From NCBI RefSeq assembly GCF_044704955.1, contig NC_091980.1, positions 129,022,001-129,086,000 on the forward strand: DNA of 64,000 bases, written 5' to 3'. The DNA comes from Pristiophorus japonicus. Its lineage: Eukaryota. Shown here in pieces: positions 1 to 13,077 of the stretch; position 1 is the first letter of the stretch; each line of letters starts with the position of its first letter. The notes beneath the pieces were generated by a model. It was not told the origin of the DNA. It did no database searches and worked only from the letters and a program-made list of their open reading frames with translations. Position numbers and translations under genes: made by a program.

Positions 1-3000
1 CAGCCAAGTCCATGGCACCGTGGGTGGCTCTGCTGCACAAGAGTGCAAGAAAAAGAGTGGAGGAGTTATAATGATAGGGGATTCTATTGTAAGAGGAATA
101 GATAGACGGTTCTGCGGCCGCAATCAAGACTCCAGGAAGGTATGTTGCTTCCCTGGTGTAAGGGTCAAGGATGTCTCTGAGCGGTTGCAGGACATTTTGA
201 AGGGGGTGGGTGAACAGCCATTTGTCATGGTGCATATAGGTACCAACGATATAGGAAAACAACAGGATAATGTCCTATAAGCTGAATTTAGGGAGCTAGG
301 AGTTGAATTAAAAATAGGACCTCAAAGGTAGTAATCTCAGGATTGCTACCAGTGCCACGTGCTAGTCAGAGTAGGAGTCGCAGGATAGCTCAGATGAATA
401 CCTGGCTTGAGGAGTGTTGCAAAAGGGAGGGATTCAAATTCCTGGGTCATTGGAACCGGTTCTGGGGGACGTGGAACCAGTACAAGCTAGATGGTCTGCA
501 CCTGGGCAGGACCGGAACCAATGTCCTTGGGGGAGTTTTTGCTAGTGCTGTTGGGGAGAGGATAAACTAATATGGCAGTGGGATAGGAACCTATGCAGAG
601 AGACAGAGGGAAGTAGAATGGGAGCAAAAGCAAAAGATAGAAAGAAGCAAAGTAAAAGTGGAGGGCAGAGAAACCCAAGGCAAAAATCAAAAAGGGCCAC
701 ATTCCGTAAAAAATCTAAAAGGGCAAAGTGTGTTAAAAAGACAAGCCTGAAGGCTCGCGCCTCAATGCGTGGAGTATTCATAATAAGGTGGATGAATTAA
801 CTGCACAGACAGCAATTAATGAACATGATATAATTGGCATCACGGAGGCACGGCTCCAGGATGACTAAGGCTGGGAAATCAACATCCAGGGTATTCAACA
901 TTCAGGAAGGATAGACAGAAAGGAAAAGGAGATGGGGTAGAATTGCTGGTTAAAGAGCAAATTAATGCAATAGTAAGGAAGGACATTAGCTTGGATGATG
1001 TGGAATCTGTATGGATAGAGCTGCGGAATACCAAAGGGCAGAAAACGCAAGTGGGAGTTGTGTACAGACCACCAAACAGTAGTAGTGAGGCTGGGGACAG
1101 CATCAAACAAGAAATTAGGGATGCTTGCAATAAAGGTACAGCAGTTATCATGGGCGACTTTAATCTACATATAGATTGGACTAACCGCACTGGTAGCAAT
1201 ACGGTGGAGGAGGATTTCCTGGAGTGTATTCGAGATGGTTTTCTGGAGCAATATGTCAAGGAACCAACTAGAGGGCTGGCCATCCTAGACTGGGTGATGT
1301 GTAATGAGAAAGGACTAATTTGCAATCTTGTTGTGCGAGGTCCCTTGGGGAAGAGTGACCATAATATGGTAGAATTCTTTATTAAGATGGAGAGTGACAC
1401 AGTTAATTCAGAAACTATGGTCCTGAGCTTAAGGAAAGGTAACTTTGATGGTATGAGAAGTGAATTGGCTAGAATAGACTGGCAAATGACACTTGAAGGG
1501 TTGATGGTGGATAGGCAATGGCAAATATTTAATGATCACATGGATGAACTTCAACAATTGTAAATCCCTGTCTGGAGTAAAAAATAAAACAGGGAAGGTG
1601 GCTCAACCGTGGCTAACAAGGGAAATTAAGGATAGTGTTAAATCCAAGGAAGAGGCATATAAATTGGCCAGTAAAAACAGCAAATCTGAAGATGGGGAGA
1701 AATTTAGACTTCAGCAGAAGAGGACAAAGGGTTTAATTAGGAGGGGGAAAATAGAGTATGAGAGGAAGCTTGCTGGGAACATGAAAACTGACTGCAAAAG
1801 CTTCTATAGTTAAATGAAAAAGATTAGTGAAAACAAACGTAGGTCCCTTGCAGTCAGATTCAGGTGAATTTATAATGGGGAACAAAGAAATGGCAGACCA
1901 GTTGAAGAAACACTTTGGTTCTGTGTTCACTAAGGAAGACACAAATAACCTTCCGGAAGGACTAGGGGACCGCGGGTCAAGTGAGAAGGAGGAACTGAAG
2001 GATATCCTTAATAGGCGGGAAATTGTTTGAGGGAAATTGATGGGATTGAAGGCCAAAAAATCCCCAGGGCCTGATAGTCTGCATCCGAGAGTACTTAAGG
2101 AAGTGGCCCTAGAAATAGTGGATGTATTGGTGATAATTTTCCAACAGTCCATCGACTCTGGATTAGTTTCTATGGACTGGAGGGGAGCTAATGTAACACC
2201 ACTTTTTAAAAAATGAGGGAGAGAGAAAATGGGTAATTAGAGACCAGTTAGCCTGACATCAGTAGTGTGGAAAATGTTGGAATCAATTTTTAAAGATGAA
2301 ATAACAGCGCATTTGGAAAGCAGTGACAGGATCGGTCCAAGTCAACATGGATTTATGAAAGGGAAATCACGCTTGACAAATCTTCTGAAATTTTTTGAGG
2401 ATGTAACTAATAGAGTGGACAAGGAAGACCCAATAGATGTGGTGTATTTGGACTTTCAACAGCTTTTGACAAGGTCCCACACAAGAGATTGGTGTGAAAA
2501 ATTAAAGCACATGGTATTGAGGGGAGAGAAGACAGGAAGCAGAGAGTCGGGATAAATGGGTCCTTTTCAAAATGAAAGGCAGTGATTACTGGGGTGCCGC
2601 AGGGCTCAGTGCTGGGACCCCAGCTCTTTCCAATACACATTAATGATTTGGATGAAGAAATTGAGTGTAATATCTCCAAGTTTGCAGGTGACACTAAGCT
2701 GGAAGGTGGTGTGAGCTGTGAGGAGGATGCTAAGAGGCTTCAGGGTGATTTGGACAGGTTAGGTGAGTGGGCAAATGCATGGCAGATGAATTATAATGTG
2801 GATAAATGTGAGGTTATCCACTTTCGGGGCAAAAGCACAAAGGCAGAATTTTATCTGAATGGCGGCAGATTAGGAAAAGGGGAGGTGCAACGAGACCTGG
2901 GTGTCATGGTACATCAGTTATTGAAAGTTGGTATGGAGATACAGCAGGCGGTGAAGTAGGCAAATGGTATGTTGGCCTTCATAGCTAGGGATTTTGAGTA

Positions 3001-3608
3001 TAGGAGCAGGGAGGTCTTACTGCAGTTGTACAGAGCCTTGGTGAGGCCTCACCTGGAATATTGTGTTCAGCTTTGGTGTCCGAATCTGAGGAAGGACGTT
3101 CTTGCTATTGATGGAGTGCAACGAAGGTTCATCAGACTGATTCCAGGGATGGCTGGACTGACATATGAGGAGAGACTGGATCGACTGGGCCTTTATTCAA
3201 TGGAGTTTAGAAGGACGAGAGGGGATCTCATAGAAACATATAACATTTTGACGGGACTGGACAGGTCAGATGCAGGAAGAATGTTCTCAAAGTTGGGGAA
3301 GTCCAGAACCAGGGGACACAGTCTAAGGATAATGGGTAAGCCATTTAGGACTGAGATGAGGAGAAACTTCTTCACTCAGAGGGTTGTTAACTTGTGGAAT
3401 TCCCTTCCGCAGAGAGTTGTTGATGCCAGTTCATTGGATATATTCAAGAGGGAGTTAGATATGGCCCTTACAGCTAAAGGGATCAAGGGGTATGGAGAGC
3501 AAGCAGGAAAGGGGTACTGAGGTGAATGATCAGCCATGATCTTATTGAATGGTGGTGCAGCCTCGAAGGGCCGAATGGCCTACTCCTGCACCTATTTTCT
3601 ATGTTTCT
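1..3608 (+). mobile_element. CR1 LINE, degenerate (ORF1 SGNH esterase + ORF2 APE endonuclease/RT)
   Basis: Esterase motifs GDSIVRG, HIGTND and DGLH. ORF2 motifs [26 protein letters not shown] and LVRPHLEY. TTTCTATG tail. Many stops and frameshifts. Confidence 0.93.
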
Positions 3609-3609
3609 C

Positions 3610-6600
3610 CGTTAACAGCTTGGCAGGGGGGATCCCGGTGAGTGAGTGGAGTCTCGTCTGGCAAATGAGCAGAATGCAGGTCAAGTGGGGAGCCATGAGT
3701 CACGCGTTTTTGGCTCTGCTTAATGGTTTGGACAGCCCGCTCCGCTTGACCACTAGACATGGGTTTGAAAGGGGCAACCTGATTTGCTTGATGCCATTAT
3801 GAGTCATAAACTCCTGGAACTACGAACTGGTGAAACACGGTCTGTTGTCGCTGACAAGGACGTCGGGTAGTCCATGAGCGGTGATCATTGCCCGGATGCT
3901 TTCAATAGTGGCTGTGACGTTCTGGATGACATAATTACGCATACAATCCACTAAAAATATGTTGCCGAGAAATGGGCCGGCAAAGTCTATGTGGATCCTT
4001 GACCACGGTTTGGACGGCCATGACCATAGATTCAGCGGAGCCTCCACAGGTACATTACTCAGTTACATGCAAATGTTGCACTGATGCATGCATGACTCCA
4101 AGTCCGAGTCAATGCCGTGCCACCAAACGTGAGACCTGACAATGGTCTTCATTATGACAATGCCTGGATGGCTGCTGTGTAAATCTTGCACAAAAGTTTC
4201 CTTGCCTTTTTTTGGCCTAACAACACGATTACCCTATAACAGACAATCAGACTGAACAGACAATTCATCTTTGTGGTGGCTATAAGGCTTAATTTCATCC
4301 TGCATTTCCCTGGGAATGGCAGACCAATTTCCATTTCAGACACACCTTTTTACGTTTGACAGCACAGGATCATGGCTGGTCCAGGTCCTAATTTGGCGAG
4401 CCGTGAAGGGTGATCCCTCGCTCTCGAACGCATCCATGACCAGCAACAAGTCTGCGGGCTGCGGCATTACCACCCCGGTTGTGGGAAATGGTAGCCAGCT
4501 GAGCGCATCAGCACAGTTTTCAGAGCCTGGTCTGTGGCGGGTGACATAATCATAAGCGGATAATGTCAGTGCCCAAGACACTGGTGTTTATACCTTTGTT
4601 CTCAGAAAACAATGAAATGAGCGGCTTGTGGTCTGTTTCAAGTTCAAACCGAAGCCCTAATATGTATTGGTGCATTTTCCTAACCCCATATATGCATGCT
4701 AAAGCCTCTTTCTCTACTAAACTATAGGCTCTATCCGGCTTTAGACAGACTTCTGGATGTGTAGGCAACTGATTGGAGTTTGCCTGATACATTGGCTTGC
4801 TGGAGCACACAACCGACCCTATATGAAGAGGCGTCGCAGGCTCGCACTAACCGCTTATATGGGTCATAGTGTACCAGTAATTTATTGGAACATGGTAGGT
4901 TCCTGGCCCTCTCAAAGGCTCTGTCTTGAGATTTGAGTTGTTACCCTTTCTTAGCAACATGTGCAAAGGCTCTAGCAATGTGCTCAAACTAGGTAGAAAG
5001 TTACCGAAATAGTTGAGAAGACCCAGGAACGAATGCAGCTCCGTCACACTCTGGAGTCTGGGTGCATTCTTAATGGCCTCTGCCTTCGAGTCCCTAGGCC
5101 TGATGTCATCTGCCACAATCTTTCTCCCCAGGAATTCAACATCTGGTGCCATGAAAACAGACTTGGAGTGTTTTAGCCTGAGTCCCACTCTGTCCAGATG
5201 ACGTAGAACCTCTTCCAGGTTTTGCAGGTATTCGGTGGCATCGCGACCGGCGATCAGGATGCCATCTTGGAAGATGACAGTTATCGGGAAGGACTTCAGC
5301 AAACTCTCCTTATTTCTCTGAAATATGGCTGCCATCGAGCAAATTCCAAAAAGGCATCTGTGGTATATAAACAGTCCTTTGTGCGTGTTGATACAAATCA
5401 TTTTTTTTGAAGATTTGACCAGCTCCTGTGTCATGTAAGCAGCATTCAGGTCCAATTTGGTGAACGACTTCCCCGCCGCTAACATTGCAAACAGGTCGTC
5501 AGCCTTGGGTAATGGATACTGATACTGTATCGAGACTCGGTTGATTGTTACCTTGTAGTCGCCACAGACCCTGACCGTGCTATCACTTTTCAACATCGGG
5601 ATAATTGGACTGGGCCATTCGCTGAACTCGACTGGTGATATGATTCCTTCTCGTTGAAGTCTGTCCAGTTCGATCTCGACCTTCTCCCACATCATGTACG
5701 GAACAGCCCGAGCCTTGTGATGAACGGGTCTTGCATCAGGGCCAAGATGGATCTGCACCTTGGCTCCTGTGAAGTTGCCAATGCCTGATTCGAACAACGA
5801 GGGAAACTTGCTCAGCACTTGAGCACACGAAGCATCATCCACTGAGGATAAGGCTTTAATATCGTTCCAGTTCCATTTCATTTTCTCAAGCCAACACCTG
5901 CCGAACAGTGTTGGGTTATTAACTGGAACGATCCACAACGATAAATCATGCACAGCTCCATCATACGATACCTTTACTGCCGCGCTGCCAATGACTGGTA
6001 TGAGCTCTTTGGAGTAGGTACACAGCTTCGTGTTGATTGGGCTCAGTTTGGGTCTTTTTGCCTTCGTGTCCCACAGCTTTTCGAAAGCCCTCTGGCTTAT
6101 TATTGACTGACTCGCACCCGTGTCCAATTCCATGGATACTGGAACCTCATTTAATTTAACTTCCAGCATTATCGGAGGAATTTGGTAAAAGAATGTACCC
6201 CATACACTTCTCCATCCTGTACCTCGGGTTGAGTTGCCTTAGCCGCTTGATCCACACTGGATCGATCATCCTCGGCCACGTGGTGTGTCGCAGCATGCTT
6301 GCTCGGTTGCGGACACATTCACTGAAGGTGCCCCACCGCCTTTGCACACTTATTCTTGAATCGACATTGATGGGCCCCAATGATAGCCCCCGCAATGCCA
6401 ACCAGGCGAGATTTGTTTCGCCCCCAATGGCACACTTTGAGCAGTTACAGGTCGTACGAATGCGGACGAGTAGGCCCTGCCATGTGCAGCTCTGTCTGCC
6501 GACGATATTATTTTATGCACAGTACTTGCCGGTGAGCTTCGATGCTGGGAAGATATCTGTTTCGAGTTTTCGTCCGAAGACATGCATGCCTGGACGATCA

Positions 6601-7313
6601 TGATGGCACTGCTCAAGTCTAGAGATTCAGCAGCCAGCAGCTTTCGAATGATGACCTTGTGGCCAATGACAAGCACGAAAATGTCCCACAGCATTTCCTG
6701 CAACGCAGCTCTGAAGTTGCACGGCTCAGCGAGACGTCTCAGGTCGGCGACAAATTCCGCCACATCCTGGCCCTCGGAGCGATTGTGAGTAAAGAAATGA
6801 TACCTCGACATGATGATGCTTTCCTTCAGTTCAAAGTGGTTCCAAACCAGCGTACACAATTCATCGTAAGTCTTATCCGTTGTCGAGTCAGTGAGAGGAG
6901 ATTCTTGATAAGGCCATAAATTTTTTACCCACAAACTGTGAGGAGAACCTGCGCTTAATTGCGTTATCGGTTCCTTCCAATCCATTGGCTATGAAGTACC
7001 AGCCGAGGCAATCAGTGAAATCCTCCCAGTCTTCCCCTTCCATGAATCACTCCAAAATTCCAACAGACATGGTTGGGTGAAAGCTCGTATTTTTAACTCG
7101 TCACCAATTGTTATGTATCGAATAACTCCACGAGGCTAAGTATGGTGAGCTACTTCAGGCATCACCTCACTCCAGTTTATTTATTCTCAAAGTGAGGATT
7201 CAACATGGCTGCCAACATTATATACACGGCTTGCTCGTGTCTGCCAGTGACCATTAGGACTCCGATAGTCACGCCCTCCATTGACAGGTAAAACCCAGTT
7301 AACATATATAACA
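3610..7313 (-). mobile_element. Gypsy/Ty3 LTR retrotransposon, degenerate, 3'-truncated
   Basis: gag-like ORF 6350-6985. Protease (LDTGAS) plus RT in 4847-6169. RNase H (ETDHKPL). Integrase (PWSRIHIDFAGPF, PDVLVSDN). 5' LTR at 7109-7313 followed by a PBS. Confidence 0.92.
7109..7313 (-). repeat. 5' LTR of the Gypsy element
   Basis: TGTTA...TAACA termini, TATA-like and AATAAA motifs. PBS-like TGGTGACGAG immediately 3' (7097-7106). Confidence 0.8.
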
Positions 7314-7800
7314 GATGGTCCACAATCACAGGGGTTATGGGTGAATGGACTAGGTGTCTGTTACAGGCAGCAGAGTTTTGGATAAGCTTAAGTTTATGGA
7401 GCATGTAAGGCGAGCAGGAGAGCATTGAAATAGTCAATTCTAGAGATAAAAAGGCACAGATGAGGGTTAACCATTCGCTCAGTTCTGAGCTAAGAGCGAG
7501 GAACGCCTGCAGCTGAACCACATCCCTGTTCAGCATGTTAAATTTATCTAGAACCTTGGCTAGACAACACTTGGAGTATTGTGCACAGTTCTGATCACCA
7601 TAGAATTCGTAATCTAAGAGAGACTTCAAGAGAAACTTTTTTACTCAGAGTGTTTAGAATCTTTAACTCGCTATTAAAAGGAATAGTTGAGGCAAAAAGC
7701 ATAGACAGTGTTTAAGGGGAAGCTGGATAAACACATGAGGGAGGAATTATTGGAAGGATATGCTGATCGGGTTAAATGAAGTTGGGAGGAGGCTCAGTGT

Positions 7801-7940
7801 GTGAAGTCAAGTCCTCTCAGTACTTCGCTCTCCATGCTCATGATTGAAAGACGATTAAATCGATCTTGTCTAATTCGTTTTCTCACCTCATCCTTGATGC
7901 GTTTTACGTTCAAGAAGAACCGCTCACCACTACAATTTGC
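7801..7940 (-). mobile_element. hAT transposase C-terminal dimerisation-domain fragment
   Basis: Minus translation ANCSGERFFLNVKRIKDEVRKRIRQDRFNRLSIMSMESEVLRGLDF matches the hAT ERSFS..KRIK..LR..M.Q.RL..L..MSIE pattern. Confidence 0.75.
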
Positions 7941-8174
7941 CAGGCTGAATGGCCTTTTTCTGTGCTGTAAATTCTATGTAATTCTTAAAACAAGGGCACC
8001 TGTAAAGTTTTTCACATCGAGTGAGCTGAAGAATTTGTTTTATCTGAAACATGAAGCCATGAAACTCATCAGCACGCAAAACCCAACATGACTTGTAGAA
8101 TTGTGACTCATCAACGTATGAATTGTGGTGACATCGATACTCCAAAAGTGCCATTGAGAGATGCAAAGAGTACG

Positions 8175-11100
8175 GTAACATCGTGATTATGGTACTGGAT
8201 GAGTAATCCAGAGGCCTAGACTAATGATCCAAAGTCCCACCACGGCAGCTGGGGAATTTAAATTCAGTTAATTAAATTTAAATCTGAAATAAAAAGCTGG
8301 TATCATAAATGTTGCCCAGGGAGCTATCGGATTGTCGTAACAACCCATCTGCTTCACTAATGTCCTTCGAGAAGGAAATCTGCCATCCTTACCCGGTCTG
8401 GCCTATATGCGACTCCAAACCCACAGAAATGTGATTGAGTTTTAACTGCCCTCTGAAATGGCCTATCAAGCCACTCAGTTGTAACAAACCACTACGGGAA
8501 ACATTAATAAGAATAAAACATGACGGATACCCGGCATCGACCTTGGCACCGGCTTCTGACATGACAATGGTACACCCAGCCCAGTCGACCCTGCAAAGTC
8601 CTCCTCACTCGTCTGGAATGTTGTGCCAAAATGGGGAGAACTGTCCCACAAGCTAGTCAAGACCAGGCCCTCAAAACTGTTACCAAGCTCATGGTCTACA
8701 GGGCTGTAGTAATACCTGCCCTCCTGTATAGCTCAAAGACATGGACCATGTACAGCAGACACCTCAAGTTGCTGGAGAAATATCACCAACTATGCCTCCG
8801 CAAGATCCTACAAATCCCCGGGGAGGACAGGTGCACCAACATCAGCATCCTCGTCCAGGCTAACGTCCCCAGCATTGAAGCACTGACCACACTCGATCAG
8901 CTCCGCTGGGCAGACCACATAGTTCGCATGCTAGACACGAGACTCCCAAAGCAAGAGTTCTACTCTACTCTGAGCTCCTTCATGGCAAATGAGCCAAAGG
9001 TGGGCAGCGGAAATGCAAAAAGGACACCCTCTAAGCCTCTCTGATAAAGTGCGACATCCTCACTGACACCTTGGAGTCCCGAGCGCACGACCACCCTAAA
9101 TGGAGGGAGTGCATCCGAGATGGCGCTGAGCATCTCGAGTCTCATCGCCATGAGCATGCAGAACTCAAGCACAAGCAGCAGAAAGAGTGTGCGGCAAACC
9201 AGTCCCATCCAGCCCTTCCCTCAACGACTATCTGTGACTCCCGTATTGGACTGTTCAGCCACCAAAGAACTCACTTCAGGAGTGGAAGCAAGTCTTCCTC
9301 AATTCCGAGGGATTGCCTATGATGATTATAGTCAAGCAATAGCCTGACAGTGATAATCACAGAATCATACCTTTCAGCCAATGTCCCAGATTCCTTCATT
9401 ACCATCCTTGCGCATGTCCTGTCCCACCGGAAGGGCAGACCCACCAGAGGTGGTGACACAGTGGTATACAGTTGGGAGGGAGTAGCAGTAGGAGTGCTCA
9501 ATATTTACTTTGGACCCGATCAAGTCCCATGGGTTCAGGTCAAGTATGGGCATGGAAACCTACCGCCCTCCCTCAGCTGATGAATCGGTACTCCTCCATG
9601 TTGAAGGCCACTTGGAAGAAGCACTGATAGTAGCAATGGACTTCAATGTCCATCACCAAGAGTGGCTCGGTAGCACTGACCAAGCGGGATGTGCCCTGAA
9701 GGATATAGCTGCCAGATTGGGTTTGCGACAGATGGAGAGAGAACCAACACAAGGGAGAAACCTACTTGTCCTCAACCTCACCAATCTACCTGTCACAGAC
9801 TGATCTGTCCATGACAGCATTGGTAGCAGTGACCACCACACAGTCATTGTGGAGATAAAATCCTGTCTTCACACTGAGGACACCCTCCTTCGATTGGCTC
9901 GACCACAGTGTTAAATGGAATAGATTCAAAACACATGTAGCAGCTCAAAATTGGGCATCCAGGAGGCACTGTGGGACATCAATAACTGCAGAATTGTATT
10001 CCACCACAATCTGTAAATTCATGGCCCGGCATATCCCTCACTCTAGCTTTACAAACAAACCAAGTGACCAATCCTAGTTCAATGAGGAGTGCAGACGAGG
10101 ATACCAGGAGCAACACCAGGTGCACCTAAAAATGAAATGTCAATTATCGAAACTGCAACTCGACTACATGCATGCTAAAAAAACAGAAGCAACATGCTAC
10201 AGACAGAGCTAAGCGATCCCACAATCAACGGATCAGATCAAAGCTCTGCAGTCCTGTCACATCTAGTCATGAATGGTGGTGGATGATTAAACAACAAATG
10301 GAGGGAGGAGGCTCCATGAATAACCCCATCCTCAAATGATGGCGGAGCCCAGCATGCGAGTGCAAAAGACAAGGCTGAAGTATTTGCAACCATTTTCAGC
10401 CAGTAATGTCTCATGGATGATTTTTCTCGGCCTTCTCCTGAAGTGCCCACCACCACAGAAGCCAGTCTTCATCCAATTCAATTAACTTCACATGATACTA
10501 AAAAAACAGCTGAGCGCACTGGATACTGCAAAGGCAATAGTCCCCGACATCATCCTAGCTGTCTTATGCTCCAGAATTAGCCACCCCTCAGCCCATATGT
10601 TCCAGTACAGAGATACTGGCATCTACGCGACAATGTGAAAAACTGCCCAAATACATCCTGTCCACAAAAAGCAGGACAAATCCATTCCGGCCAATTACCG
10701 CCCCATCAATCTACTCTCAATCATCAGCAAAGTAATGGAAGATGTGGTCAAGAGTTCTACTCATCAATACCTGCTCACCGATGCCCAGTTTGGGTTGCGT
10801 CAGGACCACTTGGCTCCTGACCTCATTACAGCCTTGGTCCAAACATGTACAACGGAACTGAATTCCAGAGGTGAGGTGAGAGTGACTGCCTTTGACATCA
10901 AGGCAGCATCTAACTGAGTGCAGCCTCAAGGAGCCTTAGTAAAATTAAAGTCAATGTGAATATAGAAAACTTTCCACTGGCTGGAGTCATACCGAGCACA
11001 AATGAAGATGGCTGTCACTTTTGGAGGTCAATCACCAAAGCCCCAGGACATTGTTGCAGGAGGTCCACACGGCAGTGTCCTCGGCCCAGCAATCTTCAAC

Positions 11101-11620
11101 TGATTCATCAATGATGTTCCCTCCATCATAAGGTCAGAAGTGGGGATGTATGTTGAAGATTACACAGTGTTCAGTTCAATTTGCAAAACCTCAGAAAATG
11201 AAGCAGTCCAAGCCCGCATGCAGCAAGACTTGGATGATATTCAGGCTTGGGCTGATAAGGGACAAGTAACAATGGCACCACACTAGTGCCACGCCATGAC
11301 TGTCTGCAACAAGCAAGAGTCTAACCATCTGCCCTTAGCATTCACTGTCACTGAATTCCCCAGCATCAACCCCTGTGGGTCACCGTTGACCAGAAACTTA
11401 ACTAGACCACCCTCACCTGCAAGTTCCCCTCCAAGTTACACGCCATTCTGATTTGTAAATATATCGGCGTTCCTTCTTCGTCACTGGGGCAAAATCCTGG
11501 CACTCCCTCCCTAACAGCACTGTGGGAGTATCTTCACCACAAGACTGCAGCAGTTCAAGAAGATGGCTGACCAGCACCTTCTCAAGGGCAATTAGGGACG
11601 GACAATAAATGTTGTCCTTG
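8175..11620 (+). mobile_element. Degenerate non-LTR retrotransposon (CR1/L2-group, clade uncertain) with tRNA/SINE-like 5' leader
   Basis: APE motifs (ITESYL, GGDTVVY, MDFNVHH, SDHH) and RT remnants (NYRPINLLS, QFGLRQDH, FDIKAA, GSVLGP). 3' tail aagggcaattagggac. Confidence 0.8.
8662..9328 (+). mobile_element. RTE LINE 3' fragment nested in the LINE
   Basis: VYRAVVIPALLY and QLRWADHIVRM motifs, (TGA)n tail, TSD tagtcaag at 8654-8661 and 9329-9336. The site is empty in unit 2 (~36896). Confidence 0.88.
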
Positions 11621-13077
11621 AGCTCAAACATTGCTGGTCTCTATAGCTGTTACTCACTTCTTTGCCCACACAGCTTAACAGAAAATCCACAGCAGCAGCG
11701 GTTCGTTTACTGAGCTACCCGCAGTAATAACTCTGAATGCAAAGAGCACAGATGCATTCAAGGGGAAGCTAGATAAATTTGAGGGAGAAAGGAATAGAAT
11801 GATATGCTAATAAGTCTAGATGAAGTGGGGTGGGAGATGACTCACATGGAGCATAAACCACAGCATGGCCCAGTTGGCCCGAATGCTCTTTTTCTGAGAT
11901 GTAAATTGTAAGTAATTGTTAAAACACGAGCACCTGTAGTTTCACATCGAGTCAGCTGGTGACTTTGGTGAATACATGAAGTCATCAAACCCATCAGCAC
12001 GCAAAGCCAGGCTGACTCGTGGAACTGTGGCTCATCAATATATGACATTTTGTAACATCGCTACCCCAAAGGTGTTTTTGAGAGTTGTGAAGACATTAAC
12101 CTGGAATGTGTCCATGGCAAATTAATTGCACCAACTACAGTCCTCGGCTAAATACCTAAAAATAACTTGTAAACACTGGATTATTGGAGCTGAGGAATTA
12201 ACATTTGAATCCATCCATAGCCGAAGGAGAGAAATGGAGATCCAATCCAGGGTGATGGTTGAGTAATGCACAGTGGTATTAAATACAAATTGATAGAGTT
12301 TAAGGCATTAGGGCCAGGGCAGGGGAGAAATGTGTTTAATTTCTTGGGCCTTTTGCTTTATGCAATGAAATACATTTATTCCTTCCAGAAGGATTATATT
12401 TTGTTGGAGTACAGTTAGTCTTTCAATACCTTACCCAATTCCTTATTCATGTGAATCTAGGTTGTGTTGGTGCGTTATTCAACCATGATGGGAGCGGGTG
12501 GAAGAGAAGCTGTCCTAGAACCACACCGACTAGGGTATCCACACTGACCAATGAAGCTGTGACAGCAAGCTGATGCCACCTGTTGCTTTCCCTTCTCACC
12601 CAATTTTAGTGCCCAGAGTTCAGTGTGCTGAGACATTGCTTGTCTGCCTACAAAGCTTAACAGAAAGGCTATAGCAGCAGTGGTGAGTCCTGATACTGAA
12701 GTGCCTGGATAACTGAACAGGATCTGTAGTAGCTACTGCAAACAAACTGCTCTTCACAGGGCTGATACACTTAAGAGGAAGCTAATCCAGGACTTTCTTC
12801 ACTTGACTGAAATGGTGCAACACTGATTTACTGGCAAATTTCCCTGTGTTAAACACATGTTACATCAACTTGTATTTTAATTCGATTGAATTGTCATTTA
12901 TGCAAGTGCCGATATTTGGAAGAGGTAATTTTATACAGATGTCCAAGTCCCAAGCTCTGGAGATCCCTCCCTAAACATCTCTGTACCTCCTTAAAACATA
13001 CCTCTGACTGTGCTTTTGGTCATTGGGCCAAATCTCATAACACTGTTGCACAGCACTGTGTAATTCTTGTTTGATGT

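Noticed and set aside
20-570. Host GDSL/SGNH lipase gene
   Set aside because: It is the esterase domain of CR1 ORF1, directly upstream of CR1 ORF2.
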